Shown here piece after piece: positions 26,927-40,042 of a stretch of 64,000 bases of DNA (positions are counted from its first letter, which is position 1; every line of letters begins with the position of its first letter). Source of the stretch: Octopus vulgaris (taxonomy: Eukaryota); assembly GCA_951406725.2 (NCBI GenBank), contig OX597821.1, positions 107,012,001-107,076,000 on the forward strand, written 5' to 3'. The translations under genes and the position numbers were made by a program. Under the pieces are notes generated by a model that saw only the letters and a program-made list of their open reading frames with translations, was not told the origin of the DNA and searched no databases.

Positions 26927-27191
26927 ATCTTTTAGAATGATCTCTCCTTCACAAGCTGCTTCTATATCAACAACTACAATACCTAGCACAAACCACACAA
27001 GCTGTATTTATTTGTTACTTTTCTAGTCGTTCGCCTTTTCTTTTATAATGTGTTGTACCGCTTTCTATGTTTGTGTGTCTTTCTTTTGTTAGTCTTCTGA
27101 GACTGTCCGTTGTACAATAGGTAAGAAGTCAATATTATATTGATATCAATTAGTCAAGTAAGTCCTAAGCTTCTTAAGAGGCATTAGAATT

Positions 27192-27268
<77 letters not shown>

Positions 27269-27270
27269 GC

Positions 27271-27315
<45 letters not shown>

Positions 27316-27366
27316 TATACATATATATACATACATATACATACATATATATATATATACATACAT

Positions 27367-27429
<63 letters not shown>

Positions 27430-27514
27430 CGACTCTTAATGCTTTTACGAATAGACGAAAGGGAATATTGATATTAATATTTACGTACGTACACACACAC
27501 ACATACAAACACGA

Positions 27515-27555
<41 letters not shown>

Positions 27556-27576
27556 GACAGACAGATAGACAAACAG

Positions 27577-27666
<90 letters not shown>

Positions 27667-27950
27667 ATAGATAGATTGAATTTTTTAGCTGTATCGATTT
27701 TATCGAGTGCAGTAAGAAGCATCTCGATGTTATATTTTTATCTACTAATTTGTATTATACCAGGCATTGTTTCCAAATTGACGTGCATTAGTTGACTAAA
27801 AGCTTTCATTATATCTGCCTCATAAAATGAACAGCAATTATCTTTCTTAAAAGAAAGATATAAGCGGATATAAGAGCATGAACACTTAATTAAAGATGGC
27901 GTATCTGGTGATTGTTTTGTTCTCCTTATGCAACGTGATGTTTTAGTGTA
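26927..27950 (-). promoter_or_regulatory. Upstream module of V4 with TATA-like TATAAAAG (27047-27040)
   Basis: CTAAGCTTCTTAAG at 27165, GCCTCATAAAA at 27817; interrupted by (TA)n/(GATA)n. Confidence 0.6.
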
Positions 27951-28207
27951 TATATATGTACATACGTATGTGTCTATATGGTAGGTTGTGTGTATGTATA
28001 CATTAATCTTTTTTAATGTATATAGCTTTACATCAAGTTTTCGAAGACCTTGCAAAGTATTAGTTTCCTATCTAATCACGTTTATGCGACGTTATGAATA
28101 TTCTGAAGATGTACCTTAACACAGTGAAAATTGTTCAATCTGTTATCTTAATATAATAAAGAACTGGATTATTTAGACTTATATAGCATGTATTTATACA
28201 AAAGTAT

Positions 28208-28338
28208 GGGTAGCTGTGTAGTAAGCAGTTTGCTTCCCGAATATATGGGAACTTGAGCAAATGTCTTCTGCTCTAGCCTCGGGTTGACCAAAACCTTGTA
28301 AATAGATTTGGGAAACGGAAACCGAAAGTAGCCAGTCG

Positions 28339-28388
<50 letters not shown>

Positions 28389-28403
28389 CATACATACACA
28401 CAC

Positions 28404-28438
<35 letters not shown>

Positions 28439-28453
28439 CATACATGCATACAT

Positions 28454-28508
<55 letters not shown>

Positions 28509-28614
28509 CGTGACCGACCAGGCTATCAGATGTTGCTACACATCGCTGGTCACAATGCGCTTCGCATTGTTTTTAGCCTTCAAATGACGCCACCCCGCTG
28601 GTTAAGCGAGCAGG

Positions 28615-28654
<40 letters not shown>

Positions 28655-29170
28655 TGTGTATGTGTGTGTGTGTGGAGGCATATGACCTAGTGGTTAGAGC
28701 AGCGGCTCGTGGTCGAATCTCAGACCGGGTGATGTATGTGTTTATGAGCGAAACACCTAAGCTCCACACGGCTCCAGCAGAAGGTAATGGCGAAATTCTG
28801 CTGACTCTTTCGCCACAACTTTTTCTTACTCTTTCCTCCAGCATCTTGCATCTCACCTGCGATGGACCGGCGTCCCATCCCCAGGTGGGGAGCCTATACG
28901 CCAATGAGACCGGGAAAAGGGCCCTTATGAGACAGGCGTGGCTCGAGAAGGAACAAACAATGTGTGTGTGTGTGTGTCTGTGCGCAACTACCTCTTGAGA
29001 ACTGGTGTTGATTTGCCTTCATTTCTATGATTTAATGCTTCATCAAAAAGAGTGACAGAGTAAGCGCCCGGCTTTAAAAGTTAAACACTGGGCTCTACTC
29101 GTTCTACTGAAAGTCTTCAAGGTGGTGTTCCAGTATGGCCGCAGTCTAGTAACTGAAATAAGTTAACGAT
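28208..29170 (+). mobile_element. Nested SINEs: family B interrupted by a family C-like copy (28672-28960) and microsatellites
   Basis: Family B head at 28208 and tail at 28975-29170; internal GTGGAGGCATATGACCTAGTGGTTAGAGC head. Confidence 0.7.
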
Positions 29171-30279
29171 AAAAAAATCATATTTAAAAAATACGATTTT
29201 CCATTTTACCTTAGGAAAATTGTTTCACTTTCCTTTCCGTTTACAAACTCATATATAAGGAAGAAATGTTTCCAGTTGCAAAGGCTTGGTTTTGTTTCTC
29301 TTTGAAGAGTAACTTGTAAAGAGAGACTGTTACTAGTTTATTAGTTATAGTTTCTAATAAATGTTTTTGGAATCGGTGAGCAAAATGAAAGCTTTCTTCT
29401 GTGTGGGAGTGAGTTCATTGATGCAAGTATTTCATTGGGAGTCTATTTTATCGACCACAGAAATTTCAAAGAGAAAATTTAATCTGGCGGAAATTGTATT
29501 CAGAATGCTTGTTCCCTTTTCTCCTCCCTTTCCTCCTATTGCATGTGGTAGAGGTTCTTGTGGATAGAACCGTTTGGCATAGCGACAAGAGCTCAACTCT
29601 TGTCTAGCACTTTAGTCGAAACTTGATAATCTACGTTTAGCAAAGTTATGGACATAAAGTTACCAATTTCGTCCTTGTTCGGGATCTCTCTTAGCTGCCA
29701 CCAACGCGTCAACGCACCACGGGTCACAGCACTGAGAATTCTCCCACTCTGTTGTCAGTTGCGGTAGACCTTCACCGAATAAGTCAAGCATATAAAGATA
29801 AAGCACAAAGAGAAGACCATCCAGCCATGGAGACGTCTCTCTTATGCAACCAGTCACCATAGCCACCACATTTTCCGATGTTATTTACATTTCGTAGACT
29901 TCTGTATCCTTGGCCGAGAGGCGCAACATGCTGTCGGTGTAGGAGAAATCCACACTTCGCCCCTCACCCGTGTTGTGCTCCCTACATTTCTTCAAAATTC
30001 GGCTGTTGTACATATTTCCTCCGACTCTAGTAACCGAGCACACGAAGCAGCGAATTGTGGTTCTGTTATCAAGTTTCCCCTCTGCTACAGGGTCAATCGA
30101 ACAGCATTCATCAGCTCGTTTCTAAGAGCAAGCACTGTAGCTCTAGCAAAGTAGCCATCGTGTTTGGCATCGAGCAATTGATCAATTGCCAATTTCGTCG
30201 CCAGTATGTCGGTCACTATGTCTCTTCTATATGCCTCTTCTTGCTTTCTAACTAAATCTCCCTCTATTCTAGATTCCTA

Positions 30280-30470
30280 GAATGTTTTCAAAATTTTTGT
30301 CAAAATACTTTGAAAAGTTTTTCAAAATTTTTGTCATAATCCTTCAAAATTTTTTTTCAAAAGTCTTTGAAAATTTTTTGAAAATTTTTGTCAGTCTTTT
30401 GAAATGTTTTTCTTCACTTTTGTTGAAATCCTTTGAAAATTGTTTCAAATTTCTTTTCAAAATGTGTATC
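30280..30470. repeat. Short tandem array of TTTCAAAA/TTTTGAAA quasi-palindromic units
   Basis: Direct reading. Confidence 0.7.
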
Positions 30471-30999
30471 ATATATTCGTGCTACCGGTTTCGTTGAGCA
30501 AAGACGTGCGTTTTCGTTCTCTCGAAACAACCAAAACGGATTCCATAAATCTACGAAAAATCTCCTAAAACTGACAAAAATGTTGTTATTATTTCATAAC
30601 GGTCTACTATAATATAGCTGTTTTAAAAATACGTAAAAAGTTTTATACAGTACATATCATTCAGTGACGCAAGCTAGAATTATCCTCGAAAAATCACGTA
30701 GTCATAAATTGTACTTTCATTTGCGGCGACGTGTGAGTAGAAAAAATATTGTTTTTGAAAGAAAACTTCACACAAGAACAAGGATTGGGATTTTACTTTG
30801 CGAATAAGTATCCTTCTCATTTTGTTTCTTTTTTTTTTCTGTGGTAATACCGGATGAAAATTTGTGGTAAGTCTTACTCTTGGGTTACATTCTCAGAATT
30901 TACGGTGACACTTTCTTTCTCTAGTACTATAATTTTTCATTAAACGTTTCTTACAACGAACCCTTCGTTTACATTCTATTTGAAAAAGTAGAAATCATT

Positions 31000-31730
31000 A
31001 CGAAACCCCTTTCTTTTCCTTATCGCTTCTTTTTTTTCCCTTTATCTCTTTTGCTTCACCTAGATTTATACATTTTTCTTTTCGCTTCCCAACGTATCTT
31101 CGTTAACGGCTTCCCCTCTCTCTTCTATACCTACCGCTTCCTCTCTTCTATATCATTCCCACACATATATTCCTTCCTTCCTTCCCGCTTCTCTCTCCCT
31201 CCCTTTATCTCTGTTTAAACCTACCTCGCCCCCTCACTCTTTCATATCTTCCTCTTTTTCTCAGCTCTCTCCCTCCCTTTTATATCTTCCTCCTTTTCTC
31301 ACTTCTCTTTCCGTTTGTCTCTCTCAATATTTACGTCTCTTCCTATCACTCCATCCTCTCTCTCATATACTTCTTATTTCCCCTCTTCTCACTCCGTCTC
31401 TCATTTCCCTCACATCACACAACCTTTACTCTCTCTCCCTTTCTCTCCCAATCCTCTCCCTCACTCTGTTTCTAAATTCTCTTCCCCTCATCTCCCTCCT
31501 TCTATCTCTCTTTCTCTCCCCCATCTCTACCTCTCTCTGTCTTGCTATCATCCTACACCCGCTTTCTCTTTCTTTGCTATCATCCTACACCCGCTTTCTC
31601 TTTCTTCATATCACCCTATCTCTATCCTTCATATCTCCCTCTCTCTTTCCCTGTTCCCCCCTCTGTGTTTCTTCTTCTCTACCTCCCTCTATCTCTCATT
31701 TCTACTGTATCCTCTCCTCCCCCTCTGGGC
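31000..31730. repeat. ~700-bp polypyrimidine (CT-rich) low-complexity tract
   Basis: Direct reading; includes a ~32-bp tandem duplication (tgctatcatcctacacccgctttctcttt). Confidence 0.85.
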
Positions 31731-31879
31731 TTAAAAGACGAAGATGGCACTCGTCTAATATTTCAATTCCAAATAGGGTTCTGTTGTTAACTTGCCACTA
31801 GATGGGTGGCCACGTTCCATTCGAATTTCGCAAAGTAGAAATCACGTGGAACAAAGCTTTCAGGAAGATGCAAAAACAT

Positions 31880-32240
31880 CCACCAGACGCCGTTCCAATT
31901 AGCTTCCAGTGACATCAAAGGTCTTTGCATATATATACCCATGTAAGGTGCAATCTGTGCAAGAGTTGAAGCAGTTCCATTACCAGCCACGAAAAAATTA
32001 TGCTCTTCATTTACACGATATGAATTACGACAATGAATTACGTCACGGAATTATCTTGAACAATGAAACCTATTTTTACATCAATGGATGCAGCAATAGG
32101 CAACACTGCATTTTTCTGCTACTGTAAAAATCCGGGAGCCATCCATCAGGCCAATTGCATTGACATAAAGCCAGAGTTTGGTGTTGGTTAATTTCGGAAA
32201 AAAACAATCGGACCCTGCGTCTACGAGGATGAGAGAGGCA
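31880..32240 (+). mobile_element. Tc1/mariner-like transposase remnant
   Basis: IYPCKVQSVQELK and ILNNETYFYINGCSNRQHC resemble PYKxQxxQEL and FSDEAxFxLxGxVNKQN. Confidence 0.6.
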
Positions 32241-33149
32241 GGGTTCTGAAGGAGGCAAGTGCCCCAAACCAAGAAATGTTAGAGCAATTTATCAGCCCAG
32301 CTATTCAGGTCACCCAGGTTGTGTGGTGGAAGTCAAATGGAGGAACTGCTATTAGTTGCTTTTCGTCTTTACGATATCTACGACTTCAAAACGTATATAC
32401 TGTGAGTAAGAGCGAGTGGCTGCTATCTATAGCAAGTGGCTATCCTGTACATACGAAGATAAAATAGCCAGAAAGGAGCAGTAGACTCCCTTGCTCACAC
32501 TATAAAGACACAGGTCATGTGTAAGTAGCCAGCTGCAAAAGATGTTTTCCTGGGGCTAAAAAGTATAACATCGTCCTACGTAGGACTACCACGTTGCGTT
32601 CGCAAATATACTTTTCTATGTATATTTATGTGTGCGCGCATGTATGGGAGTGAATGTGTGTTTGTGTGCGTGTGTAAATGTCATTTGCTGATTTTGGTCG
32701 TTCAAAGCAACCCTTGAAAAACCGGATTTAGTTTGTTAACGTCTCCGTTCTTTAATAGTTCGTCTGAAGTGAAGAATAGAATAAGTAGCAGGCTTCAAAA
32801 ACGAAGAAGAAAAAGAAGAAGGAGTGGGGGAGGAGGGGGGAGGAAAAGGGAGAGAAAGAGGAAGGAGGAGGAGGAGGAGAAGAAGAAGAAGAAGAAAACC
32901 AAATAGCAGCAAGAGAGAGATGGAGATTAAGGAATTGAAACGGATAAAGTCTGTGAACACAAAAACATAGATGGGTAGAGGAAGCTGAGGTTTCCGTCCA
33001 TTAATTCAAGTGTAATTTAATAATAGAACACGGTAAAATTAGTTCAACCGAATGTTCTACAGAAAGCCGAGAAAAAAAGACGCCATCATTTATGAATACT
33101 CTTTAACGACTCTGCCAATATGGCATCTTTTCTCATAAGACAAGTAATA

Positions 33150-33825
33150 TCCTTTCTACTAATGGAACAAGGCCTGAAATTTGATGGAATAGAACTAATC
33201 GATTATATCGACGCCAGTGCTCAACTGGTGCTTATATAATCGATCACGATGGAATGAGAGGCAAAGTCGACTTCGGTAGAATTTGAATTTGGAATATAAA
33301 GATAGACAAAATGGCGTTAAGCATTTTGTCTGACGTGCTAACGATTCTTTTCTACTCTAGGCACAAAGCCTGAAATTTTGGGAGTGGCAAGCAGTCGATT
33401 AGATCGACCCCAGAACATAACTGGTACTTAATGTATCGACCCCGAAAGGATGAAAGGCAAAGTCGGACTCGGCGGAATTTGAACTCAGAACGTAACAGCA
33501 GACGAAATACCTATTTCTTTACTGCCCACAAGGGGCTAAACACAGAGAGGACAAACAAGAACAGACAAAGGGATTAAGTCGATTATATCGACCCCAGTGC
33601 GTAACTGATACTTATTCAATCGACCCCGAAAGGATGAAAGGTAAAGTCGACCTGCGCGGAATTTTAACTGAGAACGTAGCGGCGGACGATATACCACTAA
33701 GCATTTCGCCCGACGTGCTAACGATTCTGCCAGCTCGCCACCTTAAAATAGTAAAGAAAGTAGTATTTTTATATATTTCTTTACTACCCACAAGGGGCTA
33801 ACGATTCTGCCAGCTCGCCGCTTCA
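33150..33825 (-). mobile_element. Cluster of three or more nested SINE family A copies in the V5 intron
   Basis: Repeated atcgaccccgaaaggatgaaaggcaaagtcgac blocks with both tail types. Confidence 0.8.
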
Positions 33826-33885
33826 TGCGATAGATAATGTGAGAAAACGAAAAGCAGTTAAGAGAAAAATATATATACAACTTAC

Positions 33886-34833
33886 CGATTTGTTTAAACG
33901 AATTCCAGTGCAGACCATTAAAATCAACTGAATTAGGCAAGAAGATAACATATATGCAACGTAAATGTATGTAGAGGACATATTTTGAAATGAGCCATTT
34001 ATAATTCCGTAAGTTGTAATACAACATCCAGTAATACTACTAAGTACGATAAATCCCTTAGACAACTGAAATGATTCATTTACTAATCTCAGTATTGTAC
34101 TCAGAGTATCATGTGTGTTACATATTTCTGTAATCTCATTGTATTTCTTAAAGAAATACGAAGTATATGATTGCTTTTCTTTAACGTATATCTGAGCCTC
34201 ATTCGCTACTTTGTTGAACTCATAAATCAATGCGGTTTCAATTGCAAAGTTCATATAGAAATCAAGTGTCACAGATGCAAGTGATATATCAGTGAAAAAA
34301 GACCGTGTTGTTAAAATCGGCCACCTATACATAACTGGAGCGTGATTTGTAAAGAAAATCAAAGCATTGTTACTGAAATACGAAATGAAATGAATCATAA
34401 TACAGTCAGTAATAGCAGTGAAGAATATAACTGCGCACAGTAATTTAAAAGAATAGATGGACTTATAATTGTAGAATTTTTTATCATTTTCTTGAATTTT
34501 AAGTTTGCCGAATGCTTCTATTAGTTGTTCGGATTTAGATTTTCTGAAGAATTTTATCAGATTATACATCAAAAAGTAACACTCGAAAACTATTAAGTAA
34601 ATATACACAAATCTTTCATCAGCTGTCCTATCATCCATGTGTATTACATTAACAATATCTAGAATGGGATATGCTATCATATATAAAAAATGCACAGCAG
34701 AAAAGACATGAAAGCATATTGAGCTAAATTTCAGCGATTTCAGAGATGCGATACTCGTAAATAATAATCTGATATTATTAATTTTCTGGTACAGTTCCAT
34801 CATTTTAAAGAATCGTGTTTCTTTGCGTTGCAT
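33886..34833 (-). CDS. GRL-like coding exon V5, TM1-TM6, 316 codons
   Basis: ATG 34833 (MQRKETRFFKMMELY); GIRLNKS then phase-0 donor TCG|GTAAGT at 33886/33885. Confidence 0.88.
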
Positions 34834-35160
34834 GATTTTTTTCTCTCTGTCTGTAATTACGACTCTTCAATGGATACTTCAATATCAACAGCTAAAATGG
34901 CTGTCATAAATCCCAAAAGGCTATATTTATTTCACTCTTTTAGATGTTTAATCCTTCTTTTATAATCATCCTTTTTAATGCCATGTACTACCTCATGTAT
35001 GTATCTGTATAGTACTGGACATTTTGAGGCTGTTATACGTATAATAAGAAGAAAATCAATATTATACTGACGTCAATTAGTTTGTATTATATCAAGCGTT
35101 AAAAGAATAAAAGAAAAGCTTCTTAAGACAATTAGGATTAGAACTTTTATGAATAGACGA
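34834..35160 (-). promoter_or_regulatory. Proximal upstream module of V5 with TATAAAAG (34964-34957); distal block displaced to ~36500-36720 by a mariner
   Basis: AAGCTTCTTAAG at 35116, GGATTA at 35135, GCCTCATAAAA at 36636. Confidence 0.6.
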
Positions 35161-35202
35161 AAAGAAATATTAATATACACATATACACATACTTACATGT
35201 GT

Positions 35203-36496
35203 GCCTATGGTGTCAATAAGCTTCCGGATTAATTGTGTTTAATGAATAATGGCTTATTTACCTCTGTATTAGCATCATATCGTTCAACATAGTCTTCTTG
35301 AACAGCAATATATCGGTCCCAGTGTTCCTGTCCCTTTTAGCCTGGTGGTAATTTTGCGTAAGCGATTCGATAACTTTCTTCGATTCGCTCTGGATTTCGA
35401 CAGTTGTAACATTTGAACTGTATGTTCATCTTGGGCAAGAGATGGAAGTACGCGGGTGATAAATCTGGAAAATAGGACAGGTGCGGAAGCGATGCCATGT
35501 TGTTTCTGGAGAGAAACTCACAAGTAATGAGAACTCTGTGACAGGGTGCATTATCGTCGTAAAGAACCCAATACTTCGCCCTTCGCAGATCCGGTTGCTT
35601 TCGCCCAATGTCCTCCCTCAAACGCTTTAAAACGTTGTAACAAAACTCTCGATTGACGATCCGGCCCAGATGGAAGAATTATTGTTTCACAATGCCGTGG
35701 ATGTTGATTATAACGATGATCATGCTCTTGATGGAGGTGAGGCTCTGTTGTGCCTCCTTTGGGCGTTTAGATGAAGGACTCGTCCATTGCGACGAATAGT
35801 ACTTCATCTTAGTGCCGTGCCCGTAGACCTAAATCTCGTCACCGCTGACACCCCTCGATGCCGCCGACAGAGATCTTAATAGACTTCGATGTTCTTTCTT
35901 CTCAGTGTTCAGCTGGCGGGCGACAAAATTTTAGAGCTCGTCGCATATTCAATTCAGATTTTACGACTGCCTTAATTGACTGATACAAAACAACATCTGC
36001 AATGTCTCTGATAGTTCCCTGATGAATCACGTTCACGAGCCAATGAATTTTCATCAAATTATAGGTGGGGGGATGTGGCGCTCGTGGCAGGTCTTTCAGA
36101 TCGAACATCACCCTCCAGGTAACTTGTTCTGTATTTGAAGCGTCTGTGCTACTCCAAACATCATGTACAACCCATTTCCTCCAGACCATAAGCTTGCTGA
36201 AACATGCTCAATGCATCCGTAGCAGACACTCCAAGTTCGACCCAAAATTTCACGTTGACCCTTTGTTGCAGCTTCCTGATAATGACATAAATCGCAGATT
36301 ACATCATTCACGCGATTACAAAAACATAAATCTCATAACATGCGAAGTAAAGATATCAATGCCGCAGGGCAGAATGCCGCAGGGCAGAATGCCTCATGTA
36401 GGATACTGCTAGCTCTCACTGCGCACACAGCTGTGTGCTGCCAACTATTAGCGTGCTACACAACTAGTCCGGGAACTGTTTTGATACCACATCGTA
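35203..36496 (-). mobile_element. Full-length decayed mariner with TIRs
   Basis: WVLYDDNAPCH and HLSYFPDLSPAYF motifs; imperfect TIRs tggtgtcaataagcttccggattaattg / caactagtccgggaactgttttgatacca; ~1.3 kb. Confidence 0.85.
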
Positions 36497-36724
36497 AATA
36501 GATGCGCGAGAACACTCACACACATTCTGTGTGCTTATTAATTTTGCCATAAACACTAATTAGCGTATCGATAATTACATTCATATTTATCGATTTATCT
36601 TGTGTGGTGATTGAATAAAGTCTTTTATTATAATTGCCTCATAAAAAACAAATTTTAACGTTCGCTTAATTAATAAAGAAGCGTATTTCTCAGTCATATT
36701 TCCACAATACGATACTGTGTTACC

Positions 36725-36794
<70 letters not shown>

Positions 36795-36834
36795 CTGTGT
36801 CTTCTATATGCAGGGATGGATAATGCATATAATT

Positions 36835-36875
<41 letters not shown>

Positions 36876-36961
36876 ATAATGTGTATGTATATATACATGT
36901 ATATATATATATAATATAATATAATATAATATAATATATATATATATACATGTAAGTATGA

Positions 36962-37052
<91 letters not shown>

Positions 37053-37539
37053 TATATATATATGTAGATTTCGCGAGATATATTTTCAAAGACGTCGCGA
37101 TCTATTAGTCATTTATATAAACGTGTTCATGCGACATTAGGAATTCCCTGTATCTGAACACTTACTAAACAATATTAAATTTGCTTTTTCAGTTTCATAA
37201 ACAACTGAATTATTTAAACTTATAAAATCTATTTAAGCATTATGTTTAAAAATACGATTTCTAATTTTTCCTCAGGATAACTGATTCGCTTTCCTTTCAG
37301 TTTTCAAACTGTTATGTATAGAATAATTTTTTCTCGTTACAGTGGCTTGGCTTTGGTCCTCATTCAACATTAACTTGTAAACAGAAACATTGGTTATATA
37401 TAATCTTTTGTGTTTTTGAAATGGTGAGCAAGACGAATGATTTTAATTGTTGGGCGGATGGTTCATCGATACGAGAAATTCATTGACAATCTATTGTACT
37501 AAGAACAACAACGACAACAACGATAATAATAATAACGGA

Positions 37540-37750
37540 TTCCACTATAGGCACAAGGCCTGAAATTTGTGCCGAGTGGGATAGTCGATCACAACGACCC
37601 CAGACTTGATTGGTACTTAATTTGCCTTTTATCACGAAAGGATCAGAGGCAAAATCTACCTCGGTGGAATTTGAACTCAGAACGTAGCGATGGGCGAAAT
37701 ACTGCTAATTATTCCGTACAGCACGCTAACTATTCTGCTAGCAGCCAATT
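37540..37750 (-). mobile_element. Diverged SINE family A
   Basis: ggcacaaggcctgaaattt tail and gaatttgaactcagaacgtagc head in reverse orientation. Confidence 0.7.
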
Positions 37751-37929
37751 ATGATAATAATTTAAGAAATGGAGACACGACAAGAGTGTAAAAGTCTTAT
37801 ACAGGAAACTTTGCCAGAAATAGGGAACTCAAGCTGGAATAATAATAATAATCAATCCAATCAATAATAATATTAGATTATTATTATTATTATGTATTAG
37901 CTTTTTATTATGTATTATTATTATTGTTT

Positions 37930-38360
37930 TCATTAATGGACAAGAAATGAGAAAACAATAACCAATAGACCTGACATTGCATTATCATTATTATTATTAT
38001 TATTATCGACCCATCATGCCCATTTGACTCCAGAATCGTAAAGAAAGAGGGGGAAAACGATAAAAGAATACAATCCTTTAAAATGTGTAATAGGAAGAAA
38101 TTGGAGCATGTGAACAGTAATGCTCGGGCTTAGGATAATTACTACACAGGGATCAGCAAGTGAGGATATAGACAAATATCTCAGGGAGATTGAGATAAAA
38201 TGCTCAGTAGAGCTCTTACAAAACGTCTGTCCCTTACGTAGAGCAAGGATTATCAGGAGGCGGAAGATGGGGAAAACTTATGGATACACATGTTTAGCGA
38301 TAGTAACCCACTATCCAAATAATCACTACCAGGAATATGACCGAACCTGAGACAAAGCAA
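37930..38360 (+). mobile_element. 3' fragment of R4/Dong-like LINE ending in (AAT)n
   Basis: RPDI, PFDSRIVKKEGE, ELLQNVCPLRRARIIRR, followed directly by an (AAT)n tail. Confidence 0.65.
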
Positions 38361-38439
<79 letters not shown>

Positions 38440-38518
38440 TTTATTATTATTATTATTATTATTATTGTTTTTATTATTATTATTATTATTATTGTTTTCA
38501 TTATTATTATTATTATTG

Positions 38519-38579
<61 letters not shown>

Positions 38580-38760
38580 CAGAAGAAGAAGAATGGGGAG
38601 GAGCAGGAGGAGGAGGAGGAGAAGAAGAATATGCATAAGAGGAAATTGGAGAAGAAAAGAAGAATGAAAAGAGGAAGAGAGGAACAAGAAGAAGAAGAAA
38701 AAAGAAAGAAGAAGAAGAAGAAGAAGAAGAAGAAGAAGAAGAAGAAGAAGAAGAAGAAGA
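38361..38760. repeat. (AAT)n-(ATT)n inverted microsatellite, then (GAA)n
   Basis: Direct reading. Confidence 0.9.
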
Positions 38761-39088
38761 AACCCCAGTCTCAGTAAGATAGAGACAGAGCGAGTGGAAA
38801 ACAGCGAAATATATACTGTAGTCACCAAACCTAGATGGGTGCAGAAAGCCGAGATTTCCGTCCAGTATTTCATGTTAAAATTTTATTACCAAAACCTGGA
38901 AAGATAACTGGTACGATTCTTATTTGTGGAATAAGATTCCTAATCATAGAAAACCAAGAAAAGGACACAAAAATTTGTGTAGACTCTACAACGAGTCTAT
39001 TAATTCCTTGTCTTTCATGATGTCACAGGTAATATAGAATCACGGATAAGCAGTTGATAGAACTATATAAATATATTATATAACTTAC

Positions 39089-40042
39089 CGATTTGTTTAA
39101 ACGTACTCCTATCCAAACCGTTGTAATAAAATGAGTAAGGCAATTAGTTAACTGATATGAAACATAGAAGTATATATATGATATATTTGTAAAGGAACCA
39201 TTTATAATTCCGTAAGTTCCAATGCAACATCCAAAAATACTACTAATTACGATTAGTCCGCCCGTCTTGTGAAACGATTCATTTACTAATTTCACTGTTG
39301 TAATCAGAGTATCATGTGTGTTAAATATTTCTGTAATCTCATTGTATTTCTTAAAGAAATACGAAGCGTCTGATTGCTTTTCTTCGATGTATCTCTGAGC
39401 TTCTTTCGCTATTTTGTTGAATTCATAGGACAATGCAGTTTCAATTGCAAAGTTCATATAGAAATCAAGTGTAAACGATGAAATTGATATGCAATTACAT
39501 AAAACCTGAATTGTTAACATCGGCCATTTATACGGATTGCTAACTGAAACAGGATATGTTAACCAACTAACAAAATTGTCATTGAAATGCGAAATTAAAT
39601 GAATGATGATAAAATAAATTATAATTCTCAACAATATAACAACACCTAATAACTTATATGAATATATTGATGCTGAATTGTAGAATTGTTTATCTTCTTC
39701 TTGAACTTTAATTTTGTCAAAAGCTTCTATTAGTTCCTCAGCATTAAATTTTTTGAAGGATTTTATAACACAATGCAGTGTGAGGAAACAATGAGAATAT
39801 ATGAAATAAATATACACAAATATTTCATCAGGTGTCCTATCTCTCAGTTGTATTAAAATAACAAGATCTAGAGCGGGTTTTCCAATCAAATATAGAAAAT
39901 ATACTGCATAAAACGCATAAAAACAAATTGCGCTATATTTCAGCGATTTCAGAGATGCGATACTCGTAAATAATAACCTGATATTATTAATTTTCTGGTA
40001 CAGTTCTATCATTTTAAAGAATCGTGTTTCTTTGAGTTGCAT
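39089..40042 (-). CDS. GRL-like coding exon V6, TM1-TM6, 318 codons
   Basis: ATG 40042 (MQLKETRFFKMIELY); GVRLNKS then phase-0 donor TCG|GTAAGT at 39089/39088. Confidence 0.88.

Noticed and set aside
26927-26998. N-terminal extensions of ORFs V4 and V6 (40043-40138)
   Set aside because: They begin at non-ATG codons, and the homologous sequence is out of frame or interrupted in V3, V5 and V8. Treated as 5' UTR.
29560-30700. GC-richer segment with short ORFs between V4 and V5
   Set aside because: No recognisable protein motif or paralogous copy in other spacers. Likely an old TE fragment that I cannot classify.
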